NCBI GenBank assembly: GCA_963735595.1
Contig: CAVTLK010000001.1
Location: 288,001-352,000 of the forward strand
Source: an uncultured delta proteobacterium
GTDB taxonomy: Bacteria; Desulfobacterota; Zymogenia; Zymogenales; Zymogenaceae
Direction: 5' to 3'
DNA length: 64,000 bases
The notes below the pieces were generated by a model, which saw only the letters and a program-made list of their open reading frames with translations, did no database searches and was not told the DNA's origin. The position numbers and the translations under genes were made by a program. This document shows, piece by piece, positions 9,964-21,556 of the stretch. Each line of letters begins with the position of its first letter. Position 1 is the stretch's first letter.

Positions 9964-12600
9964 ATGGACGTGGAAGACCTGACACCCGCTCTGCGGCAAT
10001 ATCTTCAAATCAAAGAGCAGTATCCGGATTGCATTCTTTTTTTCCGAATGGGCGATTTCTACGAGATGTTCTTAGATGACGCCCGCACGGCTTCCCCTAT
10101 CCTTGAGGTAGTCCTTACTACCCGCGATAGAAATAAAGAAAACCCGATTCCCATGTGCGGGATTCCCTACCATGCGGCAGATGTCTACATAGCAAAGCTA
10201 TTGAAGAAAGGCTTTAAGGTCGCTATTTGTGAGCAGATGGAAGACCCATCGCAAACAAAAGGCCTCATCAGACGGGAGGTCGTGAGGGTCGTGACACCGG
10301 GGCTCGTCTCGGACGTAAGCCAGCTTTCAGAGAAAGAACCGCACTACATAACGGCCGTTGTCATGGTGGACGGGGTGTGGGGCGCGGCATTTCTCGATTT
10401 TTCGACCGGTCTGTTCAAGGTAACGGAGCTTCCCAGCGTCACCGGGATCGTTGATGAGATATACGCGGCCGAGCCAAAAGAAGCGGTTCTCCCTGATAAC
10501 GGGGGGAGAGACGTATACAACGAGCAACTACGTACGGCGTTTGGAGATGCACTCATCAACTGGGTAGATCCACGTATCTTTGAGCCCGAAGCCGCCCGAA
10601 GGGCCGTATCCGAAATCCTCGGCCTTGCCCAGATAGATGGTCTCGGCCTCGGTGACAAGCGCGCCGCAACAACTGCTGTCGGGGCATTATTGCGTTATGT
10701 AAGTGACTACCAGAAAGACGAGATCTCTCATCTCTCGTCTCCCCGTCTCTATGTTCCCGCTCAATCCATGATTATCGATGAGGTGACAAAGCGCAACCTT
10801 GAATTGACTAAAACCATCTACGAAGGGGGACGGCGAGGATCACTCCTGTCTTTCCTCGATCGAACCGTAACCCCCATGGGGGGGAGGCTGATCAGGGAAT
10901 GGATTAACTATCCGATGATAGATGCCGACCGGATACGGACGCGCCATGACGCAGTGGCGGAATTGTACGAGAAATACGACTCATGCCGGCGTATAAGGGA
11001 AATTCTGAAGGCCGTTATTGACCTTGAGCGGCTTACTGCGCGGATATCGGTAAAATCGGCCGGTGCGCGCGATCTGGTGGCCCTTTCCGATTCTCTCAAG
11101 ATACCCCCGGACATTACTAGAATACTAAAGGACTTTAGCAGCGAAGATATCATAAGCATCGGGTCCGGTTTTGATGATTTCTCAGACTTGACGGAAAAAA
11201 TCGATACGACCATCGTTGATTCTCCCGGTCCGTCCGTTCGGGAGACGGGATTCATCCGGGACGGCGTAGATAAAGACCTCGATGAGCTGAGGGCGCTGTC
11301 GCGTTCCGGAAAGAATTGGATAGTCGAGCTTGAAAGCCGCGAACGGCGGCGCACGGGTATCGGCACGCTCAAAGTCAGGTTTAACAGGATTTTCGGATAC
11401 TATATTGAAGTGACGAATTCATATCTTGCGATGGTGCCGGCCGATTACATCCGAAAGCAGACTCTGGTGGGAGCCGAGCGGTACATCACCCCCGAACTCA
11501 AGGAGTATGAGGCAAAGGTTCTCGGGGCGGAAGATAGAATGAAGGTGATTGAAAATGCCGTCTTTTCGGCCCTTCGTGACGAGGTTAAGGGGTGGATTGC
11601 GCTGATCAAGAAGGCCTCAGGTCTTCTTGCGACCGCAGATGTCCTGACGAACCTTGCGTTAGTGGCCCGCGAATACGGATACACGCGACCGGTGATTACC
11701 GAGGAATCTTCAATCAAGATAGTACAGGGCAGGCACCCGATGGTAGAGCGATCGATGTCAGCGGGTTCGTTTGTCCCGAACGATATCGAGGTTGACAGAA
11801 AAGGACAGCAGATTCTCATAATAACCGGACCGAATATGGCCGGTAAGTCAACTATCATTCGTCAGGCGGCAATCATCGTCCTCATGGCCCAGATGGGGAG
11901 CTTTGTTCCTGCTAAAGATGCCGTAATAGGAATAGTAGATCGCATCTTTGCCAGGGTTGGAGCCTCCGATTGGCTGATAAAAGGACAATCCACCTTTATG
12001 GTGGAGATGGTAGAGACGGCAAATATTCTCAATAACGCCACTGACAGATCACTGGTGATTCTGGATGAGATCGGAAGAGGGACAAGCACGTTTGACGGAA
12101 TCTCCATCGCCTGGGCCGTTGCCGAATTCATACACGACGGTCCGCGGGGAAAGCCCCTGACCCTTTTTGCGACACACTATCATGAGTTGACGGAACTTTC
12201 AACGCTCAAGGAGCGGGTTAAGAACTATCATGTAGCGGTTCGTGAGTGGAACGGCCGGATTATATTTATAAGGAAGCTGGAAGAGGGTATCTCAAGCCAT
12301 AGCTACGGGATCGAGGTAGCTAGAATCGCAGGGATCCCTGCGGAAGTGCTGACAAGGGCCCGGGAAATCCTCGGTAATCTCGAAAAGGGAGAGTTTACCT
12401 CACAGGGTGTTCCCGCGCTTGCCGAAAGTGAAGGTGTAAAACCGAAAAAGGCCAAGCAGCAGTTCGATCTTTTCGCCGGACACAGAGACGAGATCATAGC
12501 GGAAATCGGATCATTGGACATCGAAACAATGACGCCTCTGGATGCAATGAGGAAGCTCGATGAGCTGAAAGAAAAAGTAAAAAAAATCACGCCCGTTTGA
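9964..12600 (+). CDS. mutS: DNA mismatch repair protein MutS
   Basis: FFRMGDFYEMF, TGPNMAGKST, STFMVEM, DEIGRGTST, ATHYHEL. Confidence 0.98.
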   Translation: MDVEDLTPALRQYLQIKEQYPDCILFFRMGDFYEMFLDDARTASPILEVVLTTRDRNKENPIPMCGIPYHAADVYIAKLLKKGFKVAICEQMEDPSQTKGLIRREVVRVVTPGLVSDVSQLSEKEPHYITAVVMVDGVWGAAFLDFSTGLFKVTELPSVTGIVDEIYAAEPKEAVLPDNGGRDVYNEQLRTAFGDALINWVDPRIFEPEAARRAVSEILGLAQIDGLGLGDKRAATTAVGALLRYVSDYQKDEISHLSSPRLYVPAQSMIIDEVTKRNLELTKTIYEGGRRGSLLSFLDRTVTPMGGRLIREWINYPMIDADRIRTRHDAVAELYEKYDSCRRIREILKAVIDLERLTARISVKSAGARDLVALSDSLKIPPDITRILKDFSSEDIISIGSGFDDFSDLTEKIDTTIVDSPGPSVRETGFIRDGVDKDLDELRALSRSGKNWIVELESRERRRTGIGTLKVRFNRIFGYYIEVTNSYLAMVPADYIRKQTLVGAERYITPELKEYEAKVLGAEDRMKVIENAVFSALRDEVKGWIALIKKASGLLATADVLTNLALVAREYGYTRPVITEESSIKIVQGRHPMVERSMSAGSFVPNDIEVDRKGQQILIITGPNMAGKSTIIRQAAIIVLMAQMGSFVPAKDAVIGIVDRIFARVGASDWLIKGQSTFMVEMVETANILNNATDRSLVILDEIGRGTSTFDGISIAWAVAEFIHDGPRGKPLTLFATHYHELTELSTLKERVKNYHVAVREWNGRIIFIRKLEEGISSHSYGIEVARIAGIPAEVLTRAREILGNLEKGEFTSQGVPALAESEGVKPKKAKQQFDLFAGHRDEIIAEIGSLDIETMTPLDAMRKLDELKEKVKKITPV

Positions 12601-12730
12601 ATATTTTGCTTGAAAAAGCCGAAACCCTGTGCGATAGTACTGACGAAAATAGTCCTGATAAACTGGGGGATATCGGTTGTTTTTTATTTCGTATGTTTGG
12701 GCGTTTCATTTCTAATCGAAGAGACAATCC

Positions 12731-13042
12731 ATGAAAGATGAGCTTAAAAAAATGCTCGAGTATGAGGCGAAGGCCCGGGAAATCCTCGATGATTCGATGA
12801 GAAAAGCCGATAAAATCCGCGGTGATTCACAGCGTCAGGCCGAGGAACTCCTGAAATCGGAGCGGTTTAAAGCCGAGGATGAAGCGCAGCGAAACAGAGA
12901 AAATACGATACGTGATGGACACGAGGAAGCCGAAAAGATGAAGGCGCGCACGATAAAGGGCGTCCAGGAACAGGAGGCACGCGCCAAGAAAAGAATGGAA
13001 CGCGCGGCATCGGTAATCCTCAAGGAAGTTTTCAACTTATAG
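12731..13042 (+). CDS. V/A-type ATP synthase peripheral stalk subunit H/G
   Basis: 103-aa highly charged coiled coil, first gene of the V/A-ATPase operon. Confidence 0.75.
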   Translation: MKDELKKMLEYEAKAREILDDSMRKADKIRGDSQRQAEELLKSERFKAEDEAQRNRENTIRDGHEEAEKMKARTIKGVQEQEARAKKRMERAASVILKEVFNL

Positions 13043-13076
13043 CCGGGCTTCTTTCGTTACCAAGAGTGGTTGATGT

Positions 13077-14117
13077 ATGTTTCTTGATGTAATGAAATAC
13101 TCGTTTATAAACGCCAAGATCAGGGCGATGAAGAGCCGTTTGCTCAAGGACTCCGTGTATCAGCAGCTCCTTGAAACCACGCATCTTGATGCGTTCGTAA
13201 AAGTCCTCGCGGAAACGGAATACTCGTCGGAAATAGCCGTGGTTGATACAAAGACCCCGGATATATCCGAGGTGATATCCGCCCTCGACGAGCACCTGAT
13301 AAAGTGTTACCGGACAATCCTTCAATTCTTTAAGGTTAAAACCGAGAACGACTTCATCCGGGTTATACTTTCCCGGTTAGAGATCGAAAACCTTAAAATC
13401 GTCATACGGGGAAAGTTCAAGGGAATCACGTCGGTCATGATTTCAGATAATATCATCCCGACTAACGGTGTTTCAAACCTCAATTTTGAAGAACTCATCA
13501 ACAGCCGGGACGTGGAGCATTTCGTATCATTGTTGGCAAAGACACGCTACGAACGCCCCCTCAAAGAGGCGCTCCCCTTTTTCGAGAGAGACCGTAGAAC
13601 GGCCGTTCTTGAGCGCCCGTTAGACTCGCTCTACTATATCGATCTGACCAGGGCGATAAAGACTCTCTCCGATGTTGACGAACATATAATGAAGGCGTAT
13701 ATCGGAACGTTCTGCGATATCAATAACATTATGCTGATTCTGCGGAGCCGGATCTTCTTTGATATGCCTTCGGATGAAACAATGGCCATGTACATCCCGT
13801 ACGGATATCGATTGTCGAAGAGCGAAGGGGTTCAGCTTTCAAAGACGACGGAAGATGACTATCGGGAGGTATTTGGGAAGACCCACTATGGGAAGAGATT
13901 GACGAATTTCAAATCGCTCACCGATCTTGAGATGGGTCTATATAATATCCTGACGTATCAAACCAGAAAGATGCTGATGGGTTATCCCTTCCATATAGGT
14001 ACGGTAGCCGGCTTTTTGGCTTTCAAGGAAATCGAAGTGGGCAATCTAAAGAGTATCGCCGAGGGAAAACGTCATGCCCTTTCGGAGGGAGAAATCCGAG
14101 AGAGTTTGCTCGTATAG
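13077..14117 (+). CDS. V/A-type ATP synthase subunit C (d)
   Basis: YSFINAKIRAMKSRLL, EIENLKIVIRGK, KEIEVGNLKSIAEGKR; operon context. Confidence 0.9.
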   Translation: MFLDVMKYSFINAKIRAMKSRLLKDSVYQQLLETTHLDAFVKVLAETEYSSEIAVVDTKTPDISEVISALDEHLIKCYRTILQFFKVKTENDFIRVILSRLEIENLKIVIRGKFKGITSVMISDNIIPTNGVSNLNFEELINSRDVEHFVSLLAKTRYERPLKEALPFFERDRRTAVLERPLDSLYYIDLTRAIKTLSDVDEHIMKAYIGTFCDINNIMLILRSRIFFDMPSDETMAMYIPYGYRLSKSEGVQLSKTTEDDYREVFGKTHYGKRLTNFKSLTDLEMGLYNILTYQTRKMLMGYPFHIGTVAGFLAFKEIEVGNLKSIAEGKRHALSEGEIRESLLV

Positions 14118-14276
14118 CACATAGATACCGTCCTATCGTTCGAGCTTGATCAACCGGTACCGCGAATACGCGATATTTCTGAAGCTCGCGCGAGTGGATA
14201 TCGCCGATATCGTAACGCCAGGCTGTAACACGATCGGAACCGAAAGCAGGGTTTTCTGTTTCAATGAGGTTTGAGC

Positions 14277-16290
14277 ATGTTTCGCCCAGTTCCAATGCTT
14301 CGCGCCAATATCCTGATCCTCGATAGAGATCTGGCATCGGTTATCAAAGAAATCGGAAGCCTTGGCATTATGCACCTGGTCGACCATGCAAGCGTTCCCG
14401 GTCTCGCCGACATGGGATGGACGCCCGGTCAGGAGCTCGAGATTCTATCCCGCTATCAATCCTCCAAGAGACAATTAGACGAGATATTCACGCAGACCGA
14501 GATTGCAAAAGAAACCAAATATACCCACGCAAAATATGATGTAAACCCGCTGAAAGACATCGACGATCTTGAAACAAGAATCGGTGATCTCTATGCGCAG
14601 ATACGGGCTATAAACGAGCAGATCTTTACGCTTCGCGATAAGCTCGCCTTCGAGGAGGATAACCTCAGGAGGGCCAAGAACATCGCGGTAATGAATGCGG
14701 ACGTCGCCTTCATGAGATCGCTTGAAAATATGCGCATGATCGTCGGATACGTTCCGGTAAAACAACTACCGTTCCTCAAAGAAGCGGTCACCACCAAATT
14801 CACCGTCCATATTCCCCTCGAGCAGCGAGCCGACCGCCAGAAGGCCGTTTTCTTCTGCCTTCCGGGTGATTCCGAACAGCTCGAAAACCAACTGAAGACG
14901 TTAGGATTTGACCCGATTCCTCTCCCCGAGGACTGCTCCGGGATACCCGAGGAAGCAATCAAGGAATTGGAAGGAAAGATCGAGGAAATCAACGTTTCGA
15001 TCGCGGAGAGCGAGAATAGGCTGCGAGGGTTCGGTTGGACCTATCGAGGCGAGCTGCTGAGAATCCGTGATCACCTGACGACTAATCTTGACATCTTAAA
15101 ATCGGTTAAATCGATGGGGCTGTCGGAGCATACTGCCCTCATTACGGGGTGGATTCCTAAGGACAGTCTGGAAAAGCTCGCCGCGGCCTTCGAGGACGAC
15201 GCTTGGTAAAAACTTTGTCTTAAATGCCCAGACCCCGGAGAGTATTCCTGAGGTGAAGGCAAATAAGGTTAAGGTTCCGGTGATCTATGATAACCCGGGG
15301 TTCCTCAAACCGTTTGAAAGCCTGGTAACCACGTACGGTTCACCCGATTATAACGAGATCGATCCCTCCGGAATAATCGGCCTCGCATTTCTTTTGATGT
15401 TCGGGGTCATGTTCGGAGATATAGGGCACGGCCTGGTCCTATTCCTGGTCGGGCGATTACTCCAGAAACGTCTGAAGTCTGCCGAGGTCCTCGGGAAGAT
15501 CATGACCAGGGCGGGTGGATCGTCGATGATCTTCGGTATTATCTTCGGCAGCCTCTTCGGACACGAGTTTCACGGACGATACCTGCCGGGTTTGCCGCTC
15601 CCGTTTGTACCGATGGAAAATATCAATACCTTTATGGCGGTGGCGGTAGCCTTCGGTATTCTCTTTATCAGCATCGGATTGGTAATCAACATCATCAATT
15701 CAATCCGATCGCGTGATATTGAAAAGGGATTTCTGGAGAACCACGGGCTGGCCGGGGCGCTCTTTTACTGGGGGGCGGTAGCACTTCTGGTCAAATACAT
15801 CGTCTCGGGAACCCTCGGTATACCTCTGTGGAGCATGCTTTTGATTCTCGGGATACCCCTGGTGGTTATTTTCCTGAAAGAGCCTTTGAACCATCTGATA
15901 AAAAAGAAACGCCCGATCGTCGAGGAGCCTATAACGTACATCATCAGTTCATTAATCGAGGTGATGGAGACATTTATCGGGTTCCTCTCTAACACCGTGT
16001 CATTCATCAGGGTGGCCGCCTTTTCATTGGCGCACGCCGCGCTCTTCGCGGCCATCTTTGCCATCGTCAAGATAGTTAAAGGCGCGGCGCCCGAGCCTAC
16101 GACGTCAAGCATTCTGATATCGTTGGGGGTAGAGGTTGTTGGAAATATCGTTATTATCATATTGGAAGGCCTGGTAGTATCGATCCAGTCGGTAAGGTTG
16201 ATATTCTACGAATTCTTCAGCAAGTTCTATGCGGGAGAAGGCGAGGCGTTCATCCCCATGAAGATAGGCTATTCTTCCGAAGAAGAATAA
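14277..16290 (+). CDS. V/A-type ATP synthase subunit I (a); frameshift near 15195
   Basis: Soluble N-terminal half (ITGWIP) in ORF 14271..15209; membrane half (P.YNEIDP, MFGVMFGDIGHG, SNTVSFIRVAAF, QSVRLIFYEFFSKFY) in 15253..16290, whose frame is open back to about 15198. Confidence 0.92.
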
Positions 16291-16336
16291 AAAAGGTACG
16301 ATAAAAAGTAAGACCACGAAGAAGAGGAGTTGTCTT

Positions 16337-16750
16337 ATGAAGCTAAAAGAGATGATAATCGGTCTCCTGGTTCTGAACGTAGTGATCGCGCTGTCGATTG
16401 GGATGTTTATCTTTTTCGCACCGACCTCAAGTTACGGATTCCAAACGGAAGCGGTAACGCCTCCGGCGACTGAAACGACCCCCGCGCCCGCTACAGAGAC
16501 GGCGCCCGTCCCCGATACAGGCGGATCTTCCTCGGAGAGAGGCTGGGGCTATATAGCGGCTGCCCTCTCGACGGGTATCGCGGCCCTTGGCGCCGGTGTC
16601 GCCGTTAGCGGCGTCGGTTCGGCAGCCATGGGGGCCATCAGCGAACGGCCGGAACTGCTCGGCAGGTCCCTTATCTTCGTAGGTCTCGCCGAAGGTATTG
16701 CCATCTACGGTCTGATCATATCCATTATGATTCTTGGAAGACTCGGCTGA
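16337..16750 (+). CDS. V/A-type ATP synthase proteolipid subunit K (c)
   Basis: GAGVAV...AAMGAISERPE...FVGLAEGIAIYG hairpin carrying the conserved Glu. Confidence 0.95.
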   Translation: MKLKEMIIGLLVLNVVIALSIGMFIFFAPTSSYGFQTEAVTPPATETTPAPATETAPVPDTGGSSSERGWGYIAAALSTGIAALGAGVAVSGVGSAAMGAISERPELLGRSLIFVGLAEGIAIYGLIISIMILGRLG

Positions 16751-16767
16751 TTTAAGAGAACAAGAGT

Positions 16768-17073
16768 ATGGAATTTTACGTAATTGGTGACCCGGATACC
16801 GTCTTAGGCTTTTCCCTGGCGGGGATAGAAGGAAGAGACGTCAAGGATTCCCGAGAAGCTCTGGCGGCTCTCAAGGAGACGCTCGGTTATCAGGATATCG
16901 GAATACTCCTCATTACCGAGCGGCTTGCGCATGAGCTGCGGGCGGAAATCGATTCGGTCATGATTTCGCGTAGGTATCCCCTGATCGTCGAGATCCCGGA
17001 TATCGAGGGGCCCCTCGAGGGAAAGGCTACAATATCGGACCTGGTAAAAAGTGCAATCGGTATCAAGATATGA
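16768..17073 (+). CDS. V/A-type ATP synthase subunit F
   Basis: VIGDPDTVLGFSLAGI, PLIVEIPD, AIGIKI. Confidence 0.95.
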   Translation: MEFYVIGDPDTVLGFSLAGIEGRDVKDSREALAALKETLGYQDIGILLITERLAHELRAEIDSVMISRRYPLIVEIPDIEGPLEGKATISDLVKSAIGIKI

Positions 17074-17095
17074 CTCCTAAAACCGGGACGGAAGG

Positions 17096-17719
17096 TTGGC
17101 TATGGCAGCGTTAGAATCAGTAGAAAGTTTGGGAACGATCGTTATCAACGAGTCACGCGATAAGGCCGAGTGGAACGTCAAGAGCGCGCAAGAGACATCC
17201 AAGAAGATCCTCGATGAAGCCGGCCAAAAGGCGACAGAGAACTACGAACGGATCGTCCTGCAGGGGAAGCAATCGGGAGAAAAGGAGCGACAAAAGATCC
17301 TTTCTACGATTGAAATGGAAATGAAGAAGCTCGTTCTCAACAGCAGAGAGACTCTTATTGAACAGGCCTTTACGCTGGCATGGAAGAAGTTCGAGGAATT
17401 CAAGAAAACGAAAGAATACCGGGATAACCTCATAAAACAGGTTATCCTGTCGGTCCGAGAGCTCGGGGGAAAGAGCTTCCTCGTGGATGTGCATAAAGGC
17501 GATTCCTTTAAGATCGGGGCGGAAGCCCTAAAACAGATCGAGAAGGAGACAAATAAGAAAGGCCTTGCCATTGAGGTACGGGAAGTCGAGAGGGACCTCG
17601 GCGGTGTCATTGTCCACGAAAAGGATGGAAAGATATCCGTTGATAATACCTTTGCCAGTATCCTTGAACGGAAGAAAAACGAAACGCGGGTAAAAGTATC
17701 CGAAATCCTCTTCGAATAA
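17096..17719 (+). CDS. V/A-type ATP synthase subunit E
   Basis: N-terminal coiled coil; C-terminal LGGVIV..DGKISVDNTF. Confidence 0.9.
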   Translation: MAMAALESVESLGTIVINESRDKAEWNVKSAQETSKKILDEAGQKATENYERIVLQGKQSGEKERQKILSTIEMEMKKLVLNSRETLIEQAFTLAWKKFEEFKKTKEYRDNLIKQVILSVRELGGKSFLVDVHKGDSFKIGAEALKQIEKETNKKGLAIEVREVERDLGGVIVHEKDGKISVDNTFASILERKKNETRVKVSEILFE

Positions 17720-17725
17720 GGAGAT

Positions 17726-19486
17726 ATGATGGAAGTTAGAGTCGGGTATGTAATTTGGATCAGCGGTCCGGTTATTAAGGCCCGGATTGACAAGGAACTG
17801 GGCATGATGGAGATGGTCATGGTCGGGCAGGACAGGATATCCGGCGAAGTCATCGAGCTTGACGGTACTACCGCAACCATCCAGGTATATGAAGAGACCA
17901 CCGGCCTCAAACCGGGGGCCGAGGTTCTCGGGACGGGTTTCCCGCTGTCGGTTGAACTGGGTCCCGGTCTTATCAGCAATATATACGACGGCGTTCAACG
18001 GCCCCTTGAGACGATCCTGAAGTCTACCGGTGATTTCATTCAGCGGGGGGTACAGGCAAACGCCCTGTCTCGCGATATCAAGTGGAAATTCACTCCGCAG
18101 ATATCGGTCGGCCAGATGCTCACGGGCGGTGCCGTCCTCGGGACGGTACCCGAAAGCTTCATGATTACCCATAAGGTCATTCTCCATCCCCACCTTTCAG
18201 GAAAGGTTAAATCGGTCGTTCCTGAGGGGGAGTATACGTTGGAGGACGTAATCTGCGAGTTGGAAACCCCCAAAGGCGTCGAGCAGGTCAAGATGTATCA
18301 CCGATGGCCGGTACGGCACGGCAGGCCCTATGGTAAGCGGCTTGCGCCGTCGGTGCCTCTTGTCACCGGTCAGCGGATCATCGACACCTTCTTTCCGATT
18401 GCCAAGGGCGGGACGGCCGCTATACCGGGGGGGTTTGGCACCGGAAAGACCGTTACGCAGCACAACCTGGCCAAATGGTCAGACGCGGATATCATCGTAT
18501 ATATCGGATGTGGCGAACGCGGCAACGAGATGACCGGAGTTCTCGTCGATTTCCCGAAACTACAGGACCCGCGCAGCGGGAAGCCGCTGATGGAGCGGAC
18601 GATCCTGATCGCCAATACCTCCAACATGCCGGTCGCGGCGCGGGAGGCGTCCATTTATACCGGTATCACGCTTGCCGAGTACTACCGCGACATGGGTTAC
18701 GACGTCGCGATCATGGCCGATTCGACTTCCCGGTGGGCGGAGGCTCTCCGTGAGATTTCGGGCCGCCTGGAAGAGATGCCCGCCGAAGAAGGGTTCCCCG
18801 CCTACCTGGCAACCCGGCTTGCCGAGTTTTACGAGCGATCCGGACGCGTGGAGACATTGGCCGGGCCGATTGGATCGGTAAGTGCAATCGGCGCGGTATC
18901 CCCGCCGGGAGGCGACTTCTCCGAACCGGTAACGCAGCATACGAAGCGGTTCGTACGTTGTTTCTGGGGACTTGATAAAGAGCTGGCGTCAGCCCGGTTC
19001 TTCCCCGCGATCAACTACATGGACAGCTACAGTGAATACCTCGATGAGGTGGAGGGCTGGTGGCGGGAGAACGGCGACCGGGACTGGAAGGTGATGAGAG
19101 GCGAGGCTATGGACATCCTCCGGCTGGACAACAAGCTCCAGCAAATTGTCCGCCTTGTCGGCGAGGATGCCCTGCCTGACGAGCAAAAACTGGTTGTCGA
19201 CGGGGCCAAACTCATTAAGAACGCCTTCCTGCAGCAGAGCGCCTTCGATAGTATCGACATGTACTGCATGCCGAAAAAGCAGATTAAGATGCTCATCCTT
19301 ATTATGCAGTTCTACCATCGGGCATCGATCGTCATTAACCAGGGTGTACCCATTTATAAGATTCGGGAAATGCCTGTACTTAACGAACTCAACCGAATGA
19401 AGAATAAAATTGAGAATACGAAAATCGAGGAATTTGAGGAACTGGCAAAGAGAATTGACGAGGAGCTGAACACTCTCGTAGAATAA
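17726..19486 (+). CDS. V/A-type ATP synthase subunit A
   Basis: PGGFGTGKT Walker [37 protein letters not shown]. Confidence 0.98.
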   Translation: MMEVRVGYVIWISGPVIKARIDKELGMMEMVMVGQDRISGEVIELDGTTATIQVYEETTGLKPGAEVLGTGFPLSVELGPGLISNIYDGVQRPLETILKSTGDFIQRGVQANALSRDIKWKFTPQISVGQMLTGGAVLGTVPESFMITHKVILHPHLSGKVKSVVPEGEYTLEDVICELETPKGVEQVKMYHRWPVRHGRPYGKRLAPSVPLVTGQRIIDTFFPIAKGGTAAIPGGFGTGKTVTQHNLAKWSDADIIVYIGCGERGNEMTGVLVDFPKLQDPRSGKPLMERTILIANTSNMPVAAREASIYTGITLAEYYRDMGYDVAIMADSTSRWAEALREISGRLEEMPAEEGFPAYLATRLAEFYERSGRVETLAGPIGSVSAIGAVSPPGGDFSEPVTQHTKRFVRCFWGLDKELASARFFPAINYMDSYSEYLDEVEGWWRENGDRDWKVMRGEAMDILRLDNKLQQIVRLVGEDALPDEQKLVVDGAKLIKNAFLQQSAFDSIDMYCMPKKQIKMLILIMQFYHRASIVINQGVPIYKIREMPVLNELNRMKNKIENTKIEEFEELAKRIDEELNTLVE

Positions 19487-19501
19487 AAAGGAGCGGACGG
19501 T

Positions 19502-20890
19502 ATGGCGGTCTTAAAAGAGTATGAAGGCCTTCAGAAGATAAAGGGTCCCTTGATCTTTATTGAAGGGGTCAAGGACGTTGGCTATGAGGAGATGGTGGAA
19601 ATTACCGCTCCGAACGGATCGACTTTGCACGGCCGGGTCCTTGAGCTTGGCAGCGATATCGCGGTCGTTGAGGTGTTCGAGGGCACCAGCGGCCTTTCGG
19701 TTATGAGCACGAAAGTCAGGTTCCTTGGCGAACCGCTGCGCCTGCCCGTGACACTGGACATGATGGGCCGCGTCTTTAACGGGCTGGGCCATCCAATCGA
19801 CGGCGGTGCCGAACCGATTACAGACGTACATCGTGACATCAACGGCGCACCGATCAACCCGATCATCAGGGAGTACCCGAAAGACTTTATCCAAACGGGC
19901 ATCTCCACTATCGATATGATGAACACGCTCGTCCGGGGACAGAAACTCCCGATATTCTCCGGGTCGGGCCTCCCGCACAACCAGCTTGCGGCGCAGATCG
20001 TTCGTCAGGCCAAGATTATCGGTGAGGAAGAGCAGTTTGCCGTCGTGTTCGCCGCCGTCGGCGTCAAGCACGACGTGGCGGAGGTCTTCAGAAAGAGCTT
20101 TGAGGAAAGCGGTGCGCTTAAGAACGTCGTCATGTTCCTCAACCTCGCAGACGACCCTTCCATTGAGCGCCTCGTTACGCCCCGGTGCGCCCTGACAATG
20201 GCCGAGTACATGGCCTTCGATAAAGACATGCACGTACTGGTCGTCATAACCGACATGACCAACTACTGCGAGAGCCTTCGGGAGATATCGACGTCAAAGG
20301 GCGAGGTTCCCAGCCGTAAAGGGTATCCCGGCTATCTTTATTCGGACCTCTCGTCTATCTTTGAGCGCGCCGGCAAGATAAAGGGAAGAAAGGGGTCCAT
20401 CACGCAGATTCCGATTCTGACCATGCCCAACGACGACATCACGCACCCGATTCCCGACCTTACCGGTTACATCACCGAAGGTCAGATCGTTCTGTCGCGC
20501 GACCTCGATAAGAAGGGCATCTATCCGCCCGTCAACGTGCTCCCATCCCTGTCGCGCCTCATGAACGACGGTATCGGCGCCGGCAAGACCCGCGAAGATC
20601 ACATGAACCTCTCGAGCCAGCTGTACGCGGGCTATTCCACCACCAAGACGGTCGAGATGCTCGCCTCGGTCATCGGCGAAGAGGAGCTTTCGGCTATCGA
20701 CAAGAAGTACCTCGAGTTCGGAGAGAAATTCGAGCGTCGATTCATCACTCAGGGTATCGATGAGGACCGTACGATTTTCTCGAGCCTCGATCTCGGGTGG
20801 GAGCTCCTCTCGATACTGCCTCGCGGCGAGCTTGTCAGGGTAAAGGAAGAGCAAATCGACAAGTACCTCCCCAAGACGATCAGCGAGTAG
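19502..20890 (+). CDS. V/A-type ATP synthase subunit B
   Basis: [39 protein letters not shown]. Confidence 0.98.
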   Translation: MAVLKEYEGLQKIKGPLIFIEGVKDVGYEEMVEITAPNGSTLHGRVLELGSDIAVVEVFEGTSGLSVMSTKVRFLGEPLRLPVTLDMMGRVFNGLGHPIDGGAEPITDVHRDINGAPINPIIREYPKDFIQTGISTIDMMNTLVRGQKLPIFSGSGLPHNQLAAQIVRQAKIIGEEEQFAVVFAAVGVKHDVAEVFRKSFEESGALKNVVMFLNLADDPSIERLVTPRCALTMAEYMAFDKDMHVLVVITDMTNYCESLREISTSKGEVPSRKGYPGYLYSDLSSIFERAGKIKGRKGSITQIPILTMPNDDITHPIPDLTGYITEGQIVLSRDLDKKGIYPPVNVLPSLSRLMNDGIGAGKTREDHMNLSSQLYAGYSTTKTVEMLASVIGEEELSAIDKKYLEFGEKFERRFITQGIDEDRTIFSSLDLGWELLSILPRGELVRVKEEQIDKYLPKTISE

Positions 20891-20893
20891 ACA

Positions 20894-21544
20894 ATGGCAA
20901 ACAAGCTCAATGTTCCACCGACTAAAAGTAATCTCATCAAGATCAAGGGGCAGCTTGCGTTCGCAAAGGACGGGTATCAGCTCCTCGATCAGAAACGCGA
21001 GATCCTCGTCATGGAAGTCATGCACATGATCGAGGACGTGCGGCGGGCCCGCAAGAACGCCGAAGAGGTCCTCAACCGTGCGTATGCAGCCCTGATGAAG
21101 GCAAATATGCGCATGGGCGTAAAGAAGGTCAAGTCGGTGTCGCTGGCCGTTATCCCTGACATTTCGATAAAGATCACCGACCGGAGTATCATGGGCGTCG
21201 TCATCCCGATCATCGATATAACGACCCGGGAGTTGAAACCGGCCTACGCACCGGGCGGCACCTATGCGATAGTGGACGAGGCAAACACCCTGTTCCACTC
21301 CGCGTTGAAGAAGCTTGCGGAACTCGCCGAGGTGGAGGTGGCGGTATGGCGTCTCGCGATGGAACTGAAGAAGACACAGCGTCGCGTCAACGCCCTTGAG
21401 AATATATTTATTCCCCAGTATACCGAGACGATGAAGTTCCTCGATGACAGCCTTGCCGAAAAGGAGCGCGAGGCGTTCTTCCAGATGAAGAGAGTTAAGG
21501 CTAAACTTCAGAAAGTAAAAGATGAGCTCATGTTAAGGAGCTAA
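20894..21544 (+). CDS. V/A-type ATP synthase subunit D
   Basis: PTKSNLIKIK, GYQLLDQKR, KKTQRRVNALENIFIP. Confidence 0.96.
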   Translation: MANKLNVPPTKSNLIKIKGQLAFAKDGYQLLDQKREILVMEVMHMIEDVRRARKNAEEVLNRAYAALMKANMRMGVKKVKSVSLAVIPDISIKITDRSIMGVVIPIIDITTRELKPAYAPGGTYAIVDEANTLFHSALKKLAELAEVEVAVWRLAMELKKTQRRVNALENIFIPQYTETMKFLDDSLAEKEREAFFQMKRVKAKLQKVKDELMLRS

Positions 21545-21556
21545 AGAGGTATCACC

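Noticed and set aside
14118..14276. 160-nt gap inside the ATPase operon as a possible ncRNA or small gene
   Set aside because: No convincing ORF with an RBS, or stable known structure, could be identified by eye.
14277..16290. Naturally split V-ATPase subunit I
   Set aside because: The downstream frame is open back to the junction and a single indel near 15195 restores one protein; this fits the window-wide error pattern.
17153..21298. Long antisense ORFs over the ATPase genes (e.g. 20294..21298, 19511..20233)
   Set aside because: Shadow ORFs of strongly codon-biased genes, with no recognisable motifs.
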